The position numbers and the translations under genes were made by a program. The notes under the pieces were generated by a model, which was given only the letters and a program-made list of their open reading frames with translations, was not told the DNA's origin and did no database searches. A stretch of 64,000 nucleotides of DNA from Octopus sinensis (Eukaryota): contig NC_043000.1 in the NCBI RefSeq assembly GCF_006345805.1, positions 62,310,001 to 62,374,000 on the forward strand. The letters are read 5' to 3'. Below, in pieces: positions 34,413 through 47,559 of the stretch. Positions within the stretch are counted from its first letter, which is position 1, and each line of letters opens with the position of its first letter.

Positions 34413-37400
34413 GCCGACTACGGCTGCTATAATGGTACGATTATAATTGTAACGACAATGATGGCCGTCTCCCCACGAGCCAATCAAAGCTAAAAAATGA
34501 TAACATTATCGTAGCACCAAAATGTTTTTGGAAACTAAAAGGAAAACTAAATCAGTATACCAAATCGCTTGTCCTATGGTTAATCTGGAAGCGCGTCCCC
34601 CAGGGAAGAGCCAGCCTGGGATCGAAAAGTCATTAACTGGCACAAACTCTTCTCCGAATACGGACATGGATGGTCACTTGAACGGGAAATCCCCCAACTC
34701 GAGCCCTCCAAGTTCACCACCACAACCACCACAGAAAGAAAAATGTAAGCAGAACAAATGGACCCGAGAAGAGTATAAAGAAGTAATATACGCTTATTAC
34801 TATGCATTAGGTAGGCCATCTCAAGAGAGACACACCGCAAACTCTTACAGTATATGGAGAACACGGAATCAAGACAGTAGGCCCTATTTGGACGAGAACA
34901 AATTAGCAAATGTGAGGAGGGATATCCTTAGAAATAACAGACTCACAGACAGTGAAATAAGCGCGATCAAGCACGCAACGGAAAATGACATAACTATAAG
35001 ACACAAAGGAAATGAAGAATCAGATGAACAGTATAGCCCGCCACGAGGCTTAATTGAAAGACTGCCATCTGACCAAAGTACGTAAAGGCCTGAAGATACA
35101 AGAAATTCTATTGTACCTGTTAAAGATAGCCAGGAAAACGAAAAAACAACAGTAACTGAAGATCTCGCATTTGCTGAAGAACACAGAGAGTCTATGGCAG
35201 AAATGAGCCAGAAAATCCTGAATACGCTTGAAGTTGTAAGACATACAAGTATGAATGATAGAGAACCACTTCATAAACTCTCAAATACAAACCAAAATAA
35301 AAAACAAATCCAAATTGGCAACTATGTAACAAATGAAATAATACGAGAATTAAAACCTGATTTTACTGAGTTAAATGAAATTATTTACGCTTCTGCTAGG
35401 GCAATTGAAACCAGCTGTATGCCCCCGAAAAAACAAAGAAAACAAAACCTGGGAAGAAATCAAACCTGGAGAAGTAAAATTGAAAAAGAGATTGAATTTA
35501 TGAGAGGGGAAATATCAATATTAAATGAACTAATATGTGGAAATGATGTAAGATCCAGAACAGGAAGAAAGATGAAGAGAAAATTTGGATCCTCACCAAG
35601 AGAAGAACTGATATCAATAAAAGAAACGCTGAAACAAAAAGTCCAAGCAAAAGCCCAAAGAATACGAAGATTTGAGAAGAGAAACAAGTTTTACAAGCAA
35701 AATAAGCTGTTCACATCCAATGCCAAAAAATTCTACAGAGAAATAGGGAAGGAGAAAGTAACCGTTAAAGACCCCCCTCCCATAGAAGAAGTTCAAAACT
35801 TTTGGAAAAGGATTTGGAGTGACAAGAAGACGTACAACATAAATGCAGACTGGATTATACAAACTGAAGGATCCTACCAAAATTTACAACAACAAGCATG
35901 GGAAGAAATCACAATAGCAGACCTAAGAAAGGCACACACGAAGGCCCATAATTGGAAATCCCCCGGAAAAGATAGGGTGCCGAATTTCTGGCTTGCATCG
36001 CTCCCATGCGCACACGGTAAGCTAGTTCAGCTGCTCAATGGAATTATGAGAGACCCAAAGAAAACACCTGAATGGTTAGCAAGTGGCATTACTTACCTAC
36101 TCCCAAAGAATAACGAAACCAACCTTCCAAAAAACTATCGGCCTATAACCTGTCTATCCACCACGTATAAAATCCTAACATCTATCCTGGCGGAGAAAAC
36201 ATATGCATTCATGGGGAAGAACGATATTTTCCCCATTGAACAAAAAGGGTGCCGCCGAGGATCTTACGGATGCAAAGATCAACTGCTAATCAATCGTATG
36301 ATCCTTGAGAACTGTCACAACAAGCGCAGAAATCTCAGCACCGCATGGATTGACTACAAAAAGGCCTTCGACAGTATACCGCATCCATGGATCTTGAGAT
36401 CGCTGGACATCTTCAAAATTTCCCCTGTGATTTCAAACTTCCTGAAGCACAATATGTCGTTGTGGAATACGAATCTCCAATTATACCACTCTAATGGAGT
36501 ACTTGCCTCAGAAAATATAAACATCAACTGTGGAATTTTTCAAGGTGACTCACTTTCACCTTTAATATTCTGCATAGCCCTAATACCCCTTACAAGTGAA
36601 TTAAACAGAACAGGGTATGGGTATAAAATTGCCAATAAAAAAATAAGCCATCTATTTTATATGGATGACTTAAAACTTTATGGTAAAGACAATAATGAAC
36701 TTGAAGGCCTATTGCGCACCGTGAAAGCATTCAGCGATGACATTGGGATGGAGTTTGGACTTGAGAAGTGTGCCAAGGCCACTTTCCAGAAAAGGAAAGT
36801 GAAGACCACAAATTCAGTCGTGTTAGATGTTGACACAGTCATAAGAGAGCTTGAGCAAGAACAAACATACAAATATTTAGGGATAAATGAAGGCTCTGGT
36901 ATTCAGCATGCAAGCATGAAAGAGAAAATCAGGAAGGAATGTTATAGGAGAGTTCGTGCAGTCCTGAAATCTGAACTAAATGCACGTAACAAGGTGTTAG
37001 CTATAAATTCCTTAGCAGTTCCAGTTGTTACTTATAGCTACAATGTGTTGAACTGGAATATGAGTGAAGTAAAGAATATAGATAGAAAAATACGCAAGCT
37101 GCTGAGTTGTAATAGGATGCACCACCCAAAGGCAGACGTAGATCGCCTTTACCTTCCCAGAGCCCAAGGAGGTCGAGGCCTGATCCAATTTGAACTAGCT
37201 TACAAAACAACCACAATTGGACTGGCCAAATATCTCAAAATATCGAATGACTGGATGCTAAAGCTCGTGGAAAATCACGAGAGACGAAAGAAGCTTCATT
37301 CTATCATAAAGGAAAGCAAACAATTTGCTATTGATCTCGTGCAGGATACCCAAACTGAACAACCCGAGGGAAGTACGGCAACTATTGTTGCAAAGAAGGT

Positions 37401-38385
37401 GAAAATGATGGCAATGAAAAAAGCGCACGAGCAATTGGCTGATAGGTGGGAGGAGAAACCTCTGCATGGCAAATATGTGACCCGCAGCAAACAAGCTGAT
37501 GTTGACCAGAAGCAAACCCATCAGTGGCTACAGAGCTCAGGGCTAAAAGCAGAGAGCGAAGGTTTCATCCTGGCTGCTCAAGATCAAAGCCTATTAACCC
37601 GGAACTACCAGGCCAATGTGATGAAAAATGGAGCAGACCCAAAATGCCGATTCTGCAACGACATGATTGAAACAGTGGACCACCTAATCTCTGGATGTAA
37701 AGTCCTAGCACCAGTGGAGTATAAATTAAGACATGACAGAGTTGGCCAATATCTACACTGGCTAATAAGTCGGCATTACAATATCAAAACTGCCGACAAG
37801 TGGTATAATCACCACCCTGAGGCTGTAACTGAAGGAGAAAATGTAACCATTCTGTGGGACTTTCCAGTACAGACCGAACCATCAAGGCCAATAAACCAGA
37901 TATTGTTGTGAAAGACCAAAACAATAAAGTTTGCTTATTGATCGACATGAGCATCCCCTGTGATCATAATATCTCAGCGAAAGAGTTTGACAAGCTCAGA
38001 AAATATAAAGACCTACTCATTGAAATTGAGAAAATGTGGCATCTCAAGGCGGTTACAATACCAGTGATCGTAGGAGCACTAGGAATGATCAAGAAGGGAA
38101 CCGAAAATTATATGAGAATGATCCCTGGCTTACCATCCCTGCAAGAAGTGCAAAAGATTGTCTTAACTGGTACATCACACGTACTGAGAAGAGCATTGTC
38201 GATGTGAGAACTGTTGCTGCTCATGTATTTTAATTTAACTTAAAAAAAAATAAATAAATAAAAATGAACGAACTACTGAGTTTGGTTTAATGGCCTACCA
38301 ATGTATACTATGAGTTTCTTTGCCCTAGGAGTCGGGAAGACACTCGGCAAGAAATGGAAGCAAATTTGAAAGAAGAAAAAAAATG
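34413..38385 (+). mobile_element. Near-intact RLE-type non-LTR retrotransposon, R4/Dong-like
   Basis: Single long reading frame 34522-38207 broken by one in-frame stop (35083-35085) and one frameshift (about 37875). Contains RT (NYRPITCL, AWIDYKKAFDS, GIFQGDSLSP, LFYMDDLKL), a CCHC knuckle (CRFC..HLISGC..RHD) and a restriction-like endonuclease (KPDIV..LIDMSIP..KLRKY). The 3' UTR runs into (TAA)n and the 5' side abuts TGA/TAA repeats. Confidence 0.9.
35194..37911 (+). CDS. Reverse transcriptase-containing ORF (905 aa uninterrupted part of the R4/Dong-like polyprotein)
   Basis: ORF track; RT motifs as above. It continues by frameshift into the RLE ORF at 37854-38207. Confidence 0.9.
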   Translation: MAEMSQKILNTLEVVRHTSMNDREPLHKLSNTNQNKKQIQIGNYVTNEIIRELKPDFTELNEIIYASARAIETSCMPPKKQRKQNLGRNQTWRSKIEKEIEFMRGEISILNELICGNDVRSRTGRKMKRKFGSSPREELISIKETLKQKVQAKAQRIRRFEKRNKFYKQNKLFTSNAKKFYREIGKEKVTVKDPPPIEEVQNFWKRIWSDKKTYNINADWIIQTEGSYQNLQQQAWEEITIADLRKAHTKAHNWKSPGKDRVPNFWLASLPCAHGKLVQLLNGIMRDPKKTPEWLASGITYLLPKNNETNLPKNYRPITCLSTTYKILTSILAEKTYAFMGKNDIFPIEQKGCRRGSYGCKDQLLINRMILENCHNKRRNLSTAWIDYKKAFDSIPHPWILRSLDIFKISPVISNFLKHNMSLWNTNLQLYHSNGVLASENININCGIFQGDSLSPLIFCIALIPLTSELNRTGYGYKIANKKISHLFYMDDLKLYGKDNNELEGLLRTVKAFSDDIGMEFGLEKCAKATFQKRKVKTTNSVVLDVDTVIRELEQEQTYKYLGINEGSGIQHASMKEKIRKECYRRVRAVLKSELNARNKVLAINSLAVPVVTYSYNVLNWNMSEVKNIDRKIRKLLSCNRMHHPKADVDRLYLPRAQGGRGLIQFELAYKTTTIGLAKYLKISNDWMLKLVENHERRKKLHSIIKESKQFAIDLVQDTQTEQPEGSTATIVAKKVKMMAMKKAHEQLADRWEEKPLHGKYVTRSKQADVDQKQTHQWLQSSGLKAESEGFILAAQDQSLLTRNYQANVMKNGADPKCRFCNDMIETVDHLISGCKVLAPVEYKLRHDRVGQYLHWLISRHYNIKTADKWYNHHPEAVTEGENVTILWDFPVQTEPSRPINQILL

Positions 38386-38651
38386 ATAATAATAATAATA
38401 ATAACAACAACAATAATAATAATAATAATAATAAACCTTTCTACTATAGATACAAGGCCTGGATTTTCTAGGGAGCGGAAGTGTCGATCACATCGACCCA
38501 ATACACAACTGGTGCTTAATTTATCGAAGCCGAAAGGATGAACGGCACAGTCGACCGCGTCATTATTTGAAGTCAGAAACTTGCGGTAGGCGAAATACCG
38601 CTAAGCATTTCACCCGGCGTGCCAACGATTCTGTCAGTTCGCCGCCTTAAC

Positions 38652-38699
<48 letters not shown>

Positions 38700-38705
<6 letters not shown>

Positions 38706-40268
38706 GAATTAGACCAAAGCCAAACTTACAAATACTTAGGAATCCATGAACTAGATAAGACACAACACACAAATGAAAGAGAAAATAAAAAAAGAATATT
38801 ATAGACGAGTTAGATCAATACTAAAAACAGAGCTCAATGCTAAAAACAAGATAATAGGTATTAACACTTTAGCTGTCCCAGTTATAAGTTACAGCTACAA
38901 TATCCTTAACTGGACACTAAATGAACTGACCAAAATAGATAGGAAAACAAGAAAAATAATGACAGGGTCTAGGATGCATCACCCAAAATCTGACATAGAA
39001 AGACTATATATACAACGTATAGAAGGTGGTAGAGGCCTTATACAGCTGGAAAACTACTATAAAATAACCACCATAGGACTGCAAAAATATCTACTTCAGA
39101 AGGAAGGAAAACTGATACAAATAGCGGCAAAACACGAGCAAAACAAAAAACTGTTCTCAGTATTTAAAGAAGCTGACAAATACAAACAAGAAATCATACC
39201 ACCTAATAAATATGAAGAAGAAGAAGAAGAAGAAAAAGAAGAAGAAGAAGAAGAAGAAGAAGAAGAAGAAGAAGAAGAAGAAGAAGAAGAAGAAGAAGAA
39301 GAAGAAGAAGAAGAAGAAGAAGAAAATGAAGAAACAACAAAAGATATAAAACAAATGAAATCCAAACCAAAAACAGAACAGCAACGAACCATGATAAAAC
39401 GATGGCAAGAAAAGCCCCTTCATGGTAAATACTGGACTAAACTAAACGCAAAAGAAATAGACAAAGAAAAATCCCAGCAATGGTTGAGAAGCTCAGGACT
39501 CAAATCAAAGACAGAGAGATTTTTAATTGCAGCACAAGACCAAAGCCTCCCCACCAGAAATTACCAAAAACATGTAATAAAATGAAATATAACAAGTAAC
39601 TGCAGAATATGTGGAGATGGACCAGAAACAATAAATCATATTATCTCTGGCTGCCCAGTCCTAGCTAAGAAGGAATATATTCACAGACATGACAAAGTTG
39701 GAACCTACATACACTGGAAGCTATGCCAACATTATAGAATAACAACAGAAAAAAGATGGTATAGGCACACACCAGAAAAGGTCACAGAAAACCAGAAAGC
39801 AACCATACTCTGGGATATGCCGATACACACTGATAGAGAAAATAAGGCCAACAGACCAGATATAGTTGTCAGAGAGCATGAAGAAAAAAAATGCTTTCTA
39901 ATTGATGTATCAATACCGGCAGATGACAACGTGTCTCTAAAAGAAATGGAGAAACTTTCAAAATACAAAGACCTGGAAATAGAGGTAACCAGAATGTGGA
40001 ATCTAAAAACAGAAACAATTCCTATCATAGTAGGTGCATTAGGCATGATAAAAAAATATTCAGACAAATACATAACAAAAACACCAGGACTTACAAACAC
40101 ATATAACATACAGAAAATTGCACTACTAGGCACTGCACACATCCTACACAGAACACCTTCCATACAATAACCATCAGAGCATCACAACAAATCACAGCAC
40201 ATACCTAAGGCACACAGAGCTGCGCTCGGTAGTGAAGTGAAAGCACTCTATAAAAATAAAACTACTGA
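38700..40268 (+). mobile_element. 5'-truncated R4/Dong-like element (second lineage) with in-frame (GAA)n
   Basis: YKYLGIHE, RRVRSILKTELN, GGRGLIQLE, poly-Glu, CRICGDGPETINHIISGC, WDMPIHTDRENKANRPDIV..KYKDL. One stop at 39583-39585; flanked by (TAA)n on both sides. Confidence 0.9.
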
Positions 40269-40271
40269 ATG

Positions 40272-40351
<80 letters not shown>

Positions 40352-40368
40352 AATAATAATAATAATAT

Positions 40369-40405
<37 letters not shown>

Positions 40406-40419
40406 TAATAATAATAATA

Positions 40420-41421
40420 ATAAGCAAATGTACACAGGCTCTTCATGAAGAGAGGTAAGGATGGACGTGGGCTGATTAGTTTATGGGAGTTCATCATCAG
40501 TGTAAGAAGAAATATGGCAGAATATTTGGTAAACAGCAAACAAGACCTGCTACAGTATACTGCCATGAATTCCGTACATTAAAAGCCAACAATAGAGAAG
40601 AAACCCTACCCCGTATGGAATTATATGGTCAGTTCCACCGTGAAACCAACAAATTAAATGACAAGGAAGTATCATGGAGGTGACTCAACAAGGGTGACCT
40701 AACAAAGAATACTGAAAGCCAAATCATCGCGGCCTAGGACCAGGTATTGAATACCAACTCAGTGAAAAAGAATATATATCACACAAGTGCGTCGGACCTC
40801 TGCAGAACCTGTGGGAAGAGGATCGAAAGTGTGACTCATATCGTTAGTGCTTGTGAAAGTCTTGTGCAGAAAGAGTACAAGCGTAGACACGACAACGTAG
40901 CCCCAAACTTCCACTGGCTACTATGCCATAAGTATGGATATGAGATTACGGGTGCTTGGTACCAACATACACCGGACGAAAAGGGAAGGCAAAATTCCTC
41001 AGAGAATGTGTTAGAGCACCGAAGGCCGGATATAATAACCTTTAGGAAGGACAAACAAGAGTGCTTAATAATCGACGTAGCAATGTCAGGAGATCAACAT
41101 ATCATCATGAAAGAAAGAGAAAAAGTTGATAAATATGGAGACCTGAGAATTGAGATCGCTAAGATGTGGCAACTACGAGAGTCGAACATAAATATTATCC
41201 CTGTTGTCATCGGAGCATTGGGTTCAATACTACCCAATCTGAAAAAAATATCTGAAAATCTTAGAGATACCCTACAATCTAGATGTATCACAAGAGTCGG
41301 CATCATTTGGAACTGCATGCATATTGCGTAAAGTACTGTCTGTTAGAGGTCCTTGTTGTGACTTGACAAATAGTACAAAACCCCGAATATCTTCAATCAA
41401 CAACCTCATGATTGCGACGTC

Positions 41422-41423
<2 letters not shown>
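40420..41423 (+). mobile_element. 5'-truncated, degenerate R4/Dong-like element (third lineage)
   Basis: GRGLISL, CRTCGKRIESVTHIVSAC..RRHDNV, HRRPDIITF..IIDVAM..KYGDL..IPVVIGALG; flanked by (TAA)n. Confidence 0.85.
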
Positions 41424-41464
<41 letters not shown>

Positions 41465-41502
41465 TAATAATAATAATGATAATAATAATAATAATAATAA
41501 TA

Positions 41503-41557
<55 letters not shown>

Positions 41558-43305
41558 CAAATTTTGCACAAGGGCAGCAATTTTGGAGACGAGGATTATT
41601 TTATCGACTCCAAAAGAATTAAAGGCAAAGTCGACCTCGGCGGAACTTGAACTCAGAACTTAGTGATAGACGAGATACCGCTAAGCATTTCTTCCATTGT
41701 GCTAACGATTCTGTCAACTCGCTGCCTTATAATAATGATGATAATAATAATAAATAATAATAATAATAATAATAATAATGATAATAATAATAATAATAAT
41801 AATTAATAATAATAATAATAATAAATTAATAATAATAATATAATATAATAATAAAATAATAATAATAATAATAATAATAATAATCCTTTCTACTATAGGT
41901 ACAAGGTTTGAAATTACTACATGATATGTTTCAAAACACGATTTCATATCAAGAATCTTGCAAACCAAATACAATTTTAAGATTGTAAAATACGCGTTTC
42001 TTTTATTAAATTCTCCAGAAGATGTGGCTTTTGTCTCAGTGAAGTACAATATTCTACAATAGTGTTTCACAAATTGAATCAAGATAGTTTTTCAGATAAT
42101 TCTTTTGCTCTATACTCATAAATTTCCAACTAACAACTGGCTAAAAATTATTCGTTTCCCGCATATTGGATTTTCCATAACAAGAATGTTGGTCACCAAT
42201 TGCATGAAAAGTAATTATTTATCAATACAAAAAACTTTTTCACAAAAGATCTTTGTCATATTTTTCATATTTTAGTTGTGTAATGTAGAAAACATGACAT
42301 TAGTATAGTCTGAAACCAGAGTAAATAATCTTTCTTTTTAGCAAGCAGGGAAGGGTTGCTACTAAACACTAAATGTATGTATGTATGTATGTATGTATGT
42401 ATGTATGTATGTATGTATGTATGTATGTATGTATGTATGTATGTATGTATGTATGTATGTATGTATGTATGTATGTATGCATGTATGTATGTATGTATAG
42501 ATCATATGTGCTTGTTTATGTATCAAGACTACACTAAAACATTTTTAACAAAAGCTCCTTGTCATATATTTATGTATCTTAACTATATAATACGGAAGAC
42601 GAGAAAATACAACAGTAGTAAATTCCTGAGCTAAAGTAAGTAGCCTTTCTCTTACGCAGTCTGAAAGAGTTGCTGAAATTATAGACGTAGGTTGATAAAT
42701 AAAAAGATAAAAACTACAAGCAAAATCTATGTACTGCATGTGTAGACCATATGTGTCTGTTTATTTATAAAGACTATATGTATGTACATTCATACATACA
42801 TACATACATACATACATACATACATACATACATACATACATACATACATACATACATACATACATGCATGTGTATATATATATTTAATTATTTACAACAA
42901 AAAAAGGGATTAAAATTCCTGGCAGATATCAATAAAGGACTCAGTATAAAAAGAATTTGGTTACCAATGTTCAACAATTAGACACCAGTAAAAGTCAGGT
43001 TGAGCACTGACATATCTTCAGAATGAAATAAGAAACAATAATCCTATACCACCCGTGAAACAAAATTATACTAAATGCAGAATGATAAAAGCAAAAATAA
43101 TGTAATAAAATCAAGTATCATCAATTTTTTGACTCCAATTTATTTAAAAACTTTTTTGTACAATTTTCAAATTGGGTCTGCACATATTTTGAACATATAA
43201 ACTATCATACATACATACATACATACATACATACATACATACATACATACATACATACATACATACATACATACATACATACATACATACATACATACAT
43301 ACATA

Positions 43306-44496
43306 CGAGGGTGAGTCAAAAAGTTGTGCCATTTTCTTCATTTCATGTGAAGATTTTGATAAAAATAACTGAACATTTTCCCAATTATATATGATTGTAT
43401 CGTTTACGTTCTGAAATATTTTGTTTCTTATTTTTCAGGTTTTTAGACTGATAAGGAAAATTCAAAATGGCTGCCCCCTTAGAGTTACGTAACAAACAAA
43501 GGCCAGTGATTGAATTTCTTGTTGCTGAGGGGGAAACCCCTGAGAACATTCACCGACGATTAGAAAATGTTTTTGAGGACAATACTTTAGATTATAGTAA
43601 TATATGCAGGTGTGATGTCGTCTGAAAGATGAAAAGGTGGGAACTGTGAGTGTAGCCGATAAACCCCGTTCTGGCCGCCCGTCCGCTTCTGTGAATCCTG
43701 CCAATAAAGCAAAAGCAGATGCTCTGATGAGAGAAGACAGGCGCAGAACTCTTGATGAGTTGGCAGAAAACCTTGAAGTGAGCCATGGAAGTGCTTACAA
43801 TATTGTCGAATCACTTGGCTTTTCAAAAGTGTGTACCCGTTGGGTACCGAGAGAGCTGAACTTCTCGAACAAAGTCAAAGAGACAACACCTTTCGACGGC
43901 TCGTAACAAGTGATGAAACATGAGTTCATCATTTTAAACCGGAATCAAAGAGGCAGTGAATGGAATGGCGCCACCCAGCTAAAGTCAGCTGGAAAAATCA
44001 TGGCGATTGTCTTTTGGGATGCTCAAGGTGTCATTCTTGTCGATTTCTTTACAAAAGGAAAAACAATAAGCTCTGAGGCCTACATTGAGACCCTGACGAG
44101 GCTCAGAGATTGAATCCGACGAGTAGGACCCAACTTGTCAATCGACAATGTCCTCCTTCTACATGACAATGCTCGACCACACACAAGCATCAGGGTAAGA
44201 CTATCTCTTTGGCCCCATGAAAGAGGGTTTGAAAAGAAAACATTATTCCAGTGACGAAGAAGTAAAAACTATAGTGAAGAAATGGCTCAAAGAACAGTCA
44301 ACAGAATTTTACAGGACAGAGATACATGCTCTCATTCGAAGGTGGAACATTGCTATTGAGAGAAACGGTGACTATGTTCAGAAGTAGGGATGTGATCCAC
44401 AGAGGACCAGCTTCATTTTGATGTATGATACATGTTCCTGTGCTGGTAATTACATCTGTCCTAAACAAAATGGCATTACTTTTTGACTCACCCTCG
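43306..44496 (+). mobile_element. Mariner (DD34D-type) transposon with internal deletions
   Basis: 30-bp TIRs CGAGGGTGAGTCAAAAAGT.. (28/30 match) with TA on both sides. Transposase remnants from ATG 43467 to TAG 44387: PRSGRP, WVPREL, VFWDAQG, LHDNARPH. Inserted in a (TACA)n tract. Confidence 0.92.
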
Positions 44497-44528
44497 TACA
44501 TACATACATACATACATACATACATACA

Positions 44529-44559
<31 letters not shown>

Positions 44560-44916
44560 TGCACAGGTCATTTCTCTCGTCAACTAGCCTTCATACTTGG
44601 GCTCAGTATTTTCCATACACTTCCTAGGACCCTAATGAGTGAGATATGAAAGAAAAATAATATTAATGCCAGAATATGAGTGGAATACATTATAGCATTC
44701 TATATTAGACGGACAGCATAGGATGTGTCGTTAGGCATCTCTAGATACGAGGCTAACTTTCTTTAAGAGTTGTGTATTTTGACCATTAAATATTTATATA
44801 TATATCCAACAAAAGTAACACTAACACCGAGCACTATCAATGAGTGTACTCATTTATTTATTGGATTATATGTGAATGTGCGTGTGTATGTGTTTGTGTT
44901 ATTGCTGTATCTTTAG

Positions 44917-45027
44917 AGGGTCGAATAACTGATAAAACTCAGGAATTTTCATTAGCAAACTGGCACTTTCAAATTGCAACTTACAGGAGACAATTTCCCT
45001 TTAATAATCTTGCAAAAGAAATGTGGG
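44917..45027 (+). CDS. Candidate 111-bp phase1-1 internal exon of an unidentified host gene
   Basis: TCTTTAG| acceptor, |GTGAGT donor, and a stop-free frame GRITDKTQEFSLANWHFQIATYRRQFPFNNLAKEMW; protein not recognised. Confidence 0.2.
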
Positions 45028-45097
45028 GTGAGTGTGGTGTGTGTGAGTATACCTATATACATATACACTTTCACGTATTTATTCATATATGTATGTT

Positions 45098-45163
<66 letters not shown>

Positions 45164-45468
45164 CCAACCATACATGCATACATACATACAAACATGCATA
45201 CATATATACATACGTACATACATACATACATGCATACATACACACATACATACATACATACATACATACATACATACATACATACATACATACATACATA
45301 CATACATACATGCATACAGTCCCATGAAGGCAAGCAAACCCAAAACTTTAAGGTTGCTATTTCCCCGCTTCTTGCAAAAATATAACTATGCAATTACAAA
45401 GATTATTGAGTGGTCCTTGTCTTTAATGTGAATTTGCTCCTGCTACAACTCAATATAAAAACAAACAC

Positions 45469-45529
<61 letters not shown>

Positions 45530-46206
45530 CATACATACATACATACATACATACATACATACATACATACATACATACAAACATACATACATACATGCAT
45601 GCATGCATACATACATACATACATAAATACATGCATACATACATACATACATATTACATTTTTAATCGGCAGAAGTTTCAAAGTGACTGAGGGGTCTAGA
45701 GACTCCTACATGAAATTTTCAAAAGTGTCTTCAAATATGGGAGCCTTTCTATATATATATATAGAGAGAGAGGGGGGAGAGAGGGAGAGAAAGAGATAAA
45801 TAGATAGATTGATTGACACATAATTACGACTCAAGTAATCGAAAAAATAAAAATCAGAGGGTTACTTGAATAATGTATATTATTTCCAATAGACTATATT
45901 TTAAGCACCTCAGTAAATGAATAAATGAATAAATCAAATTAAAATATAATAAAATTAAAAGTAATTGAAATTAAAAGAAAAGACGAAGCATACACACACA
46001 TATGCACGTGTCTCTCCTCTTTCTCCCTATATATATGTGTGTGTGTGTGCATCTGTGCGCGCGCGCACGAGTGTGTAACAAAAAGTATACAGTAATGGGC
46101 TTTACAAAATTATTTATATAAAGATAGAGATAGATAGATGTATATATGTACACACACACGTACACACACACACACACACATACACACACACACATACATA
46201 TAAATA

Positions 46207-46440
46207 GGCGTTGGAGTGGTTGTGTGGTAAGAAGCTTGCTTCCCAACCACATGGTTCCAGGTTCAATCCTACTGCGTGGCACCTTGGACAAGTGCCTTTT
46301 TACTATATAGCCTCGAGCAGACGGAAACTGAAGGAAGCGCGTCGTGTATATATGTGTGTGTGGTGTGTGTGTGTGTGTGTGTGTGAATTTGTGTGTCTGT
46401 TTGTCCCTCCCCCACCATCGCTTGACAACCGATGTTGTTA
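46207..46440 (+). mobile_element. SINE family B copy (partial)
   Basis: GGAGTGGTTGTGTGGTAAGAAGCTTGCTTCCCAACCACATGGTTCC head with B-box-like GGTTCAATCC. Partial copies also at 19186-19240, 21050-21240, 25345-25555 (+) and 26300-26480 (-). Confidence 0.8.
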
Positions 46441-47559
46441 TTGATAAGGGATTATCAATCCGTGCAAAATAGCTCTGTCGTAATACAAATGCACCACGCT
46501 AATTAAAGGTTTTCTGATCGCAATAGAAATCCAGTTAATCGTAAGGTGAGATCCGAAGTTGAAATCCATCAACCGCGTTGATTTTGTAAATACACGATTG
46601 CATTAGCAAGTTAATATGGTATATTTTCACAGTTTGATATACAAAAAAGGGCATACATAATAGGTTTTATATATTTATTTATTTGTGCATCTTTGACTTA
46701 CAGCTGTTTTTGATATATAGTGTAGGTGCATTCATGGCTCCGTTTACTCAGTCAGTCAACTGATTGGTGGGAAAAAAATGGACGACCTTCGTAAATGCTA
46801 TCGTCTTCAGAATCAGCGCAGTATGTACCAAAGTAAACGAAAACAAATGTAGTAAATATATAGAAAAAGGATCGAATGGAAAAGAAAACTAACAAAACGA
46901 AGAGAAATGGATGAGGAGAAAGTCAGAGGTAGCACTGATATTGAGATAAATTACGCGTTAGGGTCCCCCGCCTTCAACCGTCACATGCAAGGGGAGGGGA
47001 ACACTCATCCAGTTCAAAGTCCAGTGGACCATACTATCACTCTGGCGACTGACAGTAGCAGCAATAACAACGATACCACAGCATGATTGATTGATTGATT
47101 GATTCTAGTTTCAGCTTATGAGCTGTGGCCATGCTGGGGCACCGCCATTATGGATATTTTTATTTTAAATTCCAACTATGAAATTGGCTTAAACCAATGA
47201 AAAGACAATATCACAAACATCAGCCAACAGTGACAACAGTACGATCACGAACACATCCACCACCAACTCTATGATCAGCACCACTGCATGGACAAAAATT
47301 TTGATATTAGGGAAAAAATAAAAACAACAGTACCCTCGGCAACACTAATGGTAACAATATTTCCAACGAGAATAACAATATCTGCAACAATAACAACAAT
47401 ACATTTGCAGCAACAGCTGCTAAAGGCATGGAACTATATAAAATGGATAACTTACAAAAAGTCATACATTTGGTCCAAGCGTCCAAGCTAGAAAAATCAC
47501 AGGTTGACATAGCCATCCCCTACCAGAGGTGTTGGTAGAAATATACACAAAAGACGGTA

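Noticed and set aside
34413-34520. Possible HDV-like ribozyme at the 5' end of the R4/Dong-like element
   Set aside because: Two small hairpins and a partial GGCT/AGCC pairing exist, but no consistent P1/P1.1/P2/P3 pseudoknot could be built.
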